In this document: positions 62,356 to 64,000 of the stretch, piece after piece
Layout of the letters: every line of letters starts with the position of its first letter
Position numbering within the stretch: position 1 is the first letter of the stretch
Origin: Oikopleura dioica
Taxonomy: Eukaryota > Animalia > Chordata
Direction: 5' to 3'
Assembly: GCA_907165135.1 (NCBI GenBank)
Contig: OU015567.1
Span: forward strand, 7,750,001-7,814,000
DNA length: 64,000 nucleotides
Notes under the pieces: model-generated
Databases searched by the model: none
The model's input: the letters and a program-made list of their open reading frames with translations, nothing else
Told to the model about the DNA's origin: nothing
Translations under genes and position numbers: made by a program

Positions 62356-64000
62356 ATGGTGTTTTTCAGCATTTTTCTACTACGCCTGGGATTGGCCCAG
62401 AGTAACTACTGTGGTCGAGAGGGATGGTTTTATACAGGAACAGTTGAATCAAGGAGCATTCCACTATGCTTAGACGTACAGAGAGAATAGGCAAAAGTTC
62501 AACTTTCTTAAGAAACCGATGCCACCGTCGGATCCTGCTCAAAGTTTTTTGCAAAGCCCTTTACTTGGGAACAAGCGAGAGAAAAATGCTTGAATAAGGT
62601 AAAAAAATGAGTTTTTTCCTCATACTCAAACATTATCTTTGCAGGGCGCTCATCTAGCGTCGATAAGAAACGATCGACAGCTCGAAATCTTCCGACAAAA
62701 TGCTCCTAGAAACAGCGAATTATGGGTGAACCATCGCCAGAGTGAGAACAGCTGGGCAGATGCGTCTAATTTGCCGATGAGCATGTCGTACGAGATTTCC
62801 ATCGAGTCAAGAGCAAGTTCTGATGAATGCGCCGTCATGGATACTTCTGGTAATTTCAAGGCGAGAGACTGCAATGAAAAGCGCACTTTCTTCTGCCAAT
62901 ACGAGGTAGAGTAGAATGTATAATAATTCTTATTATGCATAATTAAAGGCACCAGTCCGTGGGTGCGAAGCTTTCAAATTCACAACGGTTTTCCGCGAGC
63001 TCGATGACTTTGCTGGAGACTACTCTAGAGGAAAGCGATCCCAAAAATATTTACTCCGTAAAAATATACGACTTTTAAAGTCTTTGAAATTCTATATCGC
63101 TTCTAAGCATCAAGCAGCTCAGGCGAAGATTTGTTTGTGCTATCGAAAGACATCGAATCCAGTGGCACTGACGGCGACAAGGAGGGTATTACTTTAGAGG
63201 TTTTTGTGATTTTTAGCTGATTTTTGTTTTGATACCCTAAACAAAGAAGGCTTTCGTTTCAAAAACAAATGAAAATGGAGATAAGATATGGGCACTTCTT
63301 GATGAGAATCTCAATGTCAAAGCTAAAAGTCTTTATTACTCGTCCTGTCCTGCTGACTCTCAAAGCTGGGTCTATTTGGCAAGATCCGGGAAGTTCGAAG
63401 CTCTATCTATCAATCAGGAAGGATCTTTAGGAAGAGGATGATCAATTCTAACTAAATAACCAAATGCGTGATAGTACTTTTGACATTACACTAGCTATAT
63501 TTAGTCAAGATAAGTTTTCATCCAGTTCAAGTTCGCACTGAAAGTTATAACCCCTTCTTCACTACATTCTGTCAGTATTTGATGCCGATTGAGTCAGTAA
63601 TTGGGGTTGCTGAAATCATGAAGCGAGAAACAGATACTTTTGTACACGGGCTTCCGACTTGGACTAATGCTGAAGCACGTATCGAACGACGAGCTAGTGG
63701 CGGATGGAATTTCAAAGATCAAGAAGATCAAATCCTTGCTTATACAGAACAAAACACATTCTGTCCTGGTGATGCCATCAGTTGGACTCTTGTTAGCACT
63801 GGAGGTGAAATCAGCAGTCCCTTCTCACTAGAGAATATCCCAGTCAACTGCATCAAGCTCAAAACTTGGACTGCTGGCCATATTAAAATTTCTGTCAATC
63901 TTAAATCCGGAGCGGAGAAGGCTCTTTTCGAGAAACTTCAATTCCTTACCGATGATTATAACGAGCAATTCTGCTTTTCAGAAGAAATTGAGTCTATTTC
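62356..64000 (+). CDS. Secreted C-type lectin domain protein (partial, runs off the window)
   Basis: Signal-peptide-like MVFFSIFLLRLGLAQS; CGREGWFY|..CSKFFAKPFTWEQAREKCLNK|GAHLASI..LWVN..CAVM..FKARDCNEKRTFFCQY; further unrecognised exons follow. Confidence 0.8.

Overview
Compact, AT-rich eukaryotic genomic DNA with mostly 40-60 nt introns, many non-GT splice donors and tightly packed co-oriented genes. This architecture fits an appendicularian tunicate such as Oikopleura (inference). Protein-coding genes in order: FIGNL1 (+), NACA (-), a TLC-domain gene (-), then ten + strand genes (WSCD-like sulfotransferase, VPS54, PRUNE, PAK1IP1, STX6, SETD1, RTF2, MRPS24, an orphan, BCAT), a BTB-zinc-finger gene (+), DNAH7 (-, 15.5 kb) and a secreted C-type-lectin-domain gene (+, runs off the window). 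Mobile DNA: nested hAT-type MITEs inside the last FIGNL1 exon; a 5.3-kb pol-less LTR element (gag plus an orphan ORF plus a 118-bp array) inserted in the stop codon of the TLC gene; two TTAA-flanked MITEs in one intron; and a 4-kb TIR element carrying 54 near-identical copies of a 55/56-bp hairpin unit. The strongest signal is ten consecutive non-GT (GA/GC/GG-AG) introns in DNAH7. Most have short inverted repeats pairing their two ends, and the same signature recurs in other genes, suggesting transposon-derived (introner-like) or hairpin-assisted introns. All homology calls rest on motifs recognised from memory, not database searches. Exon structures were inferred by hand.
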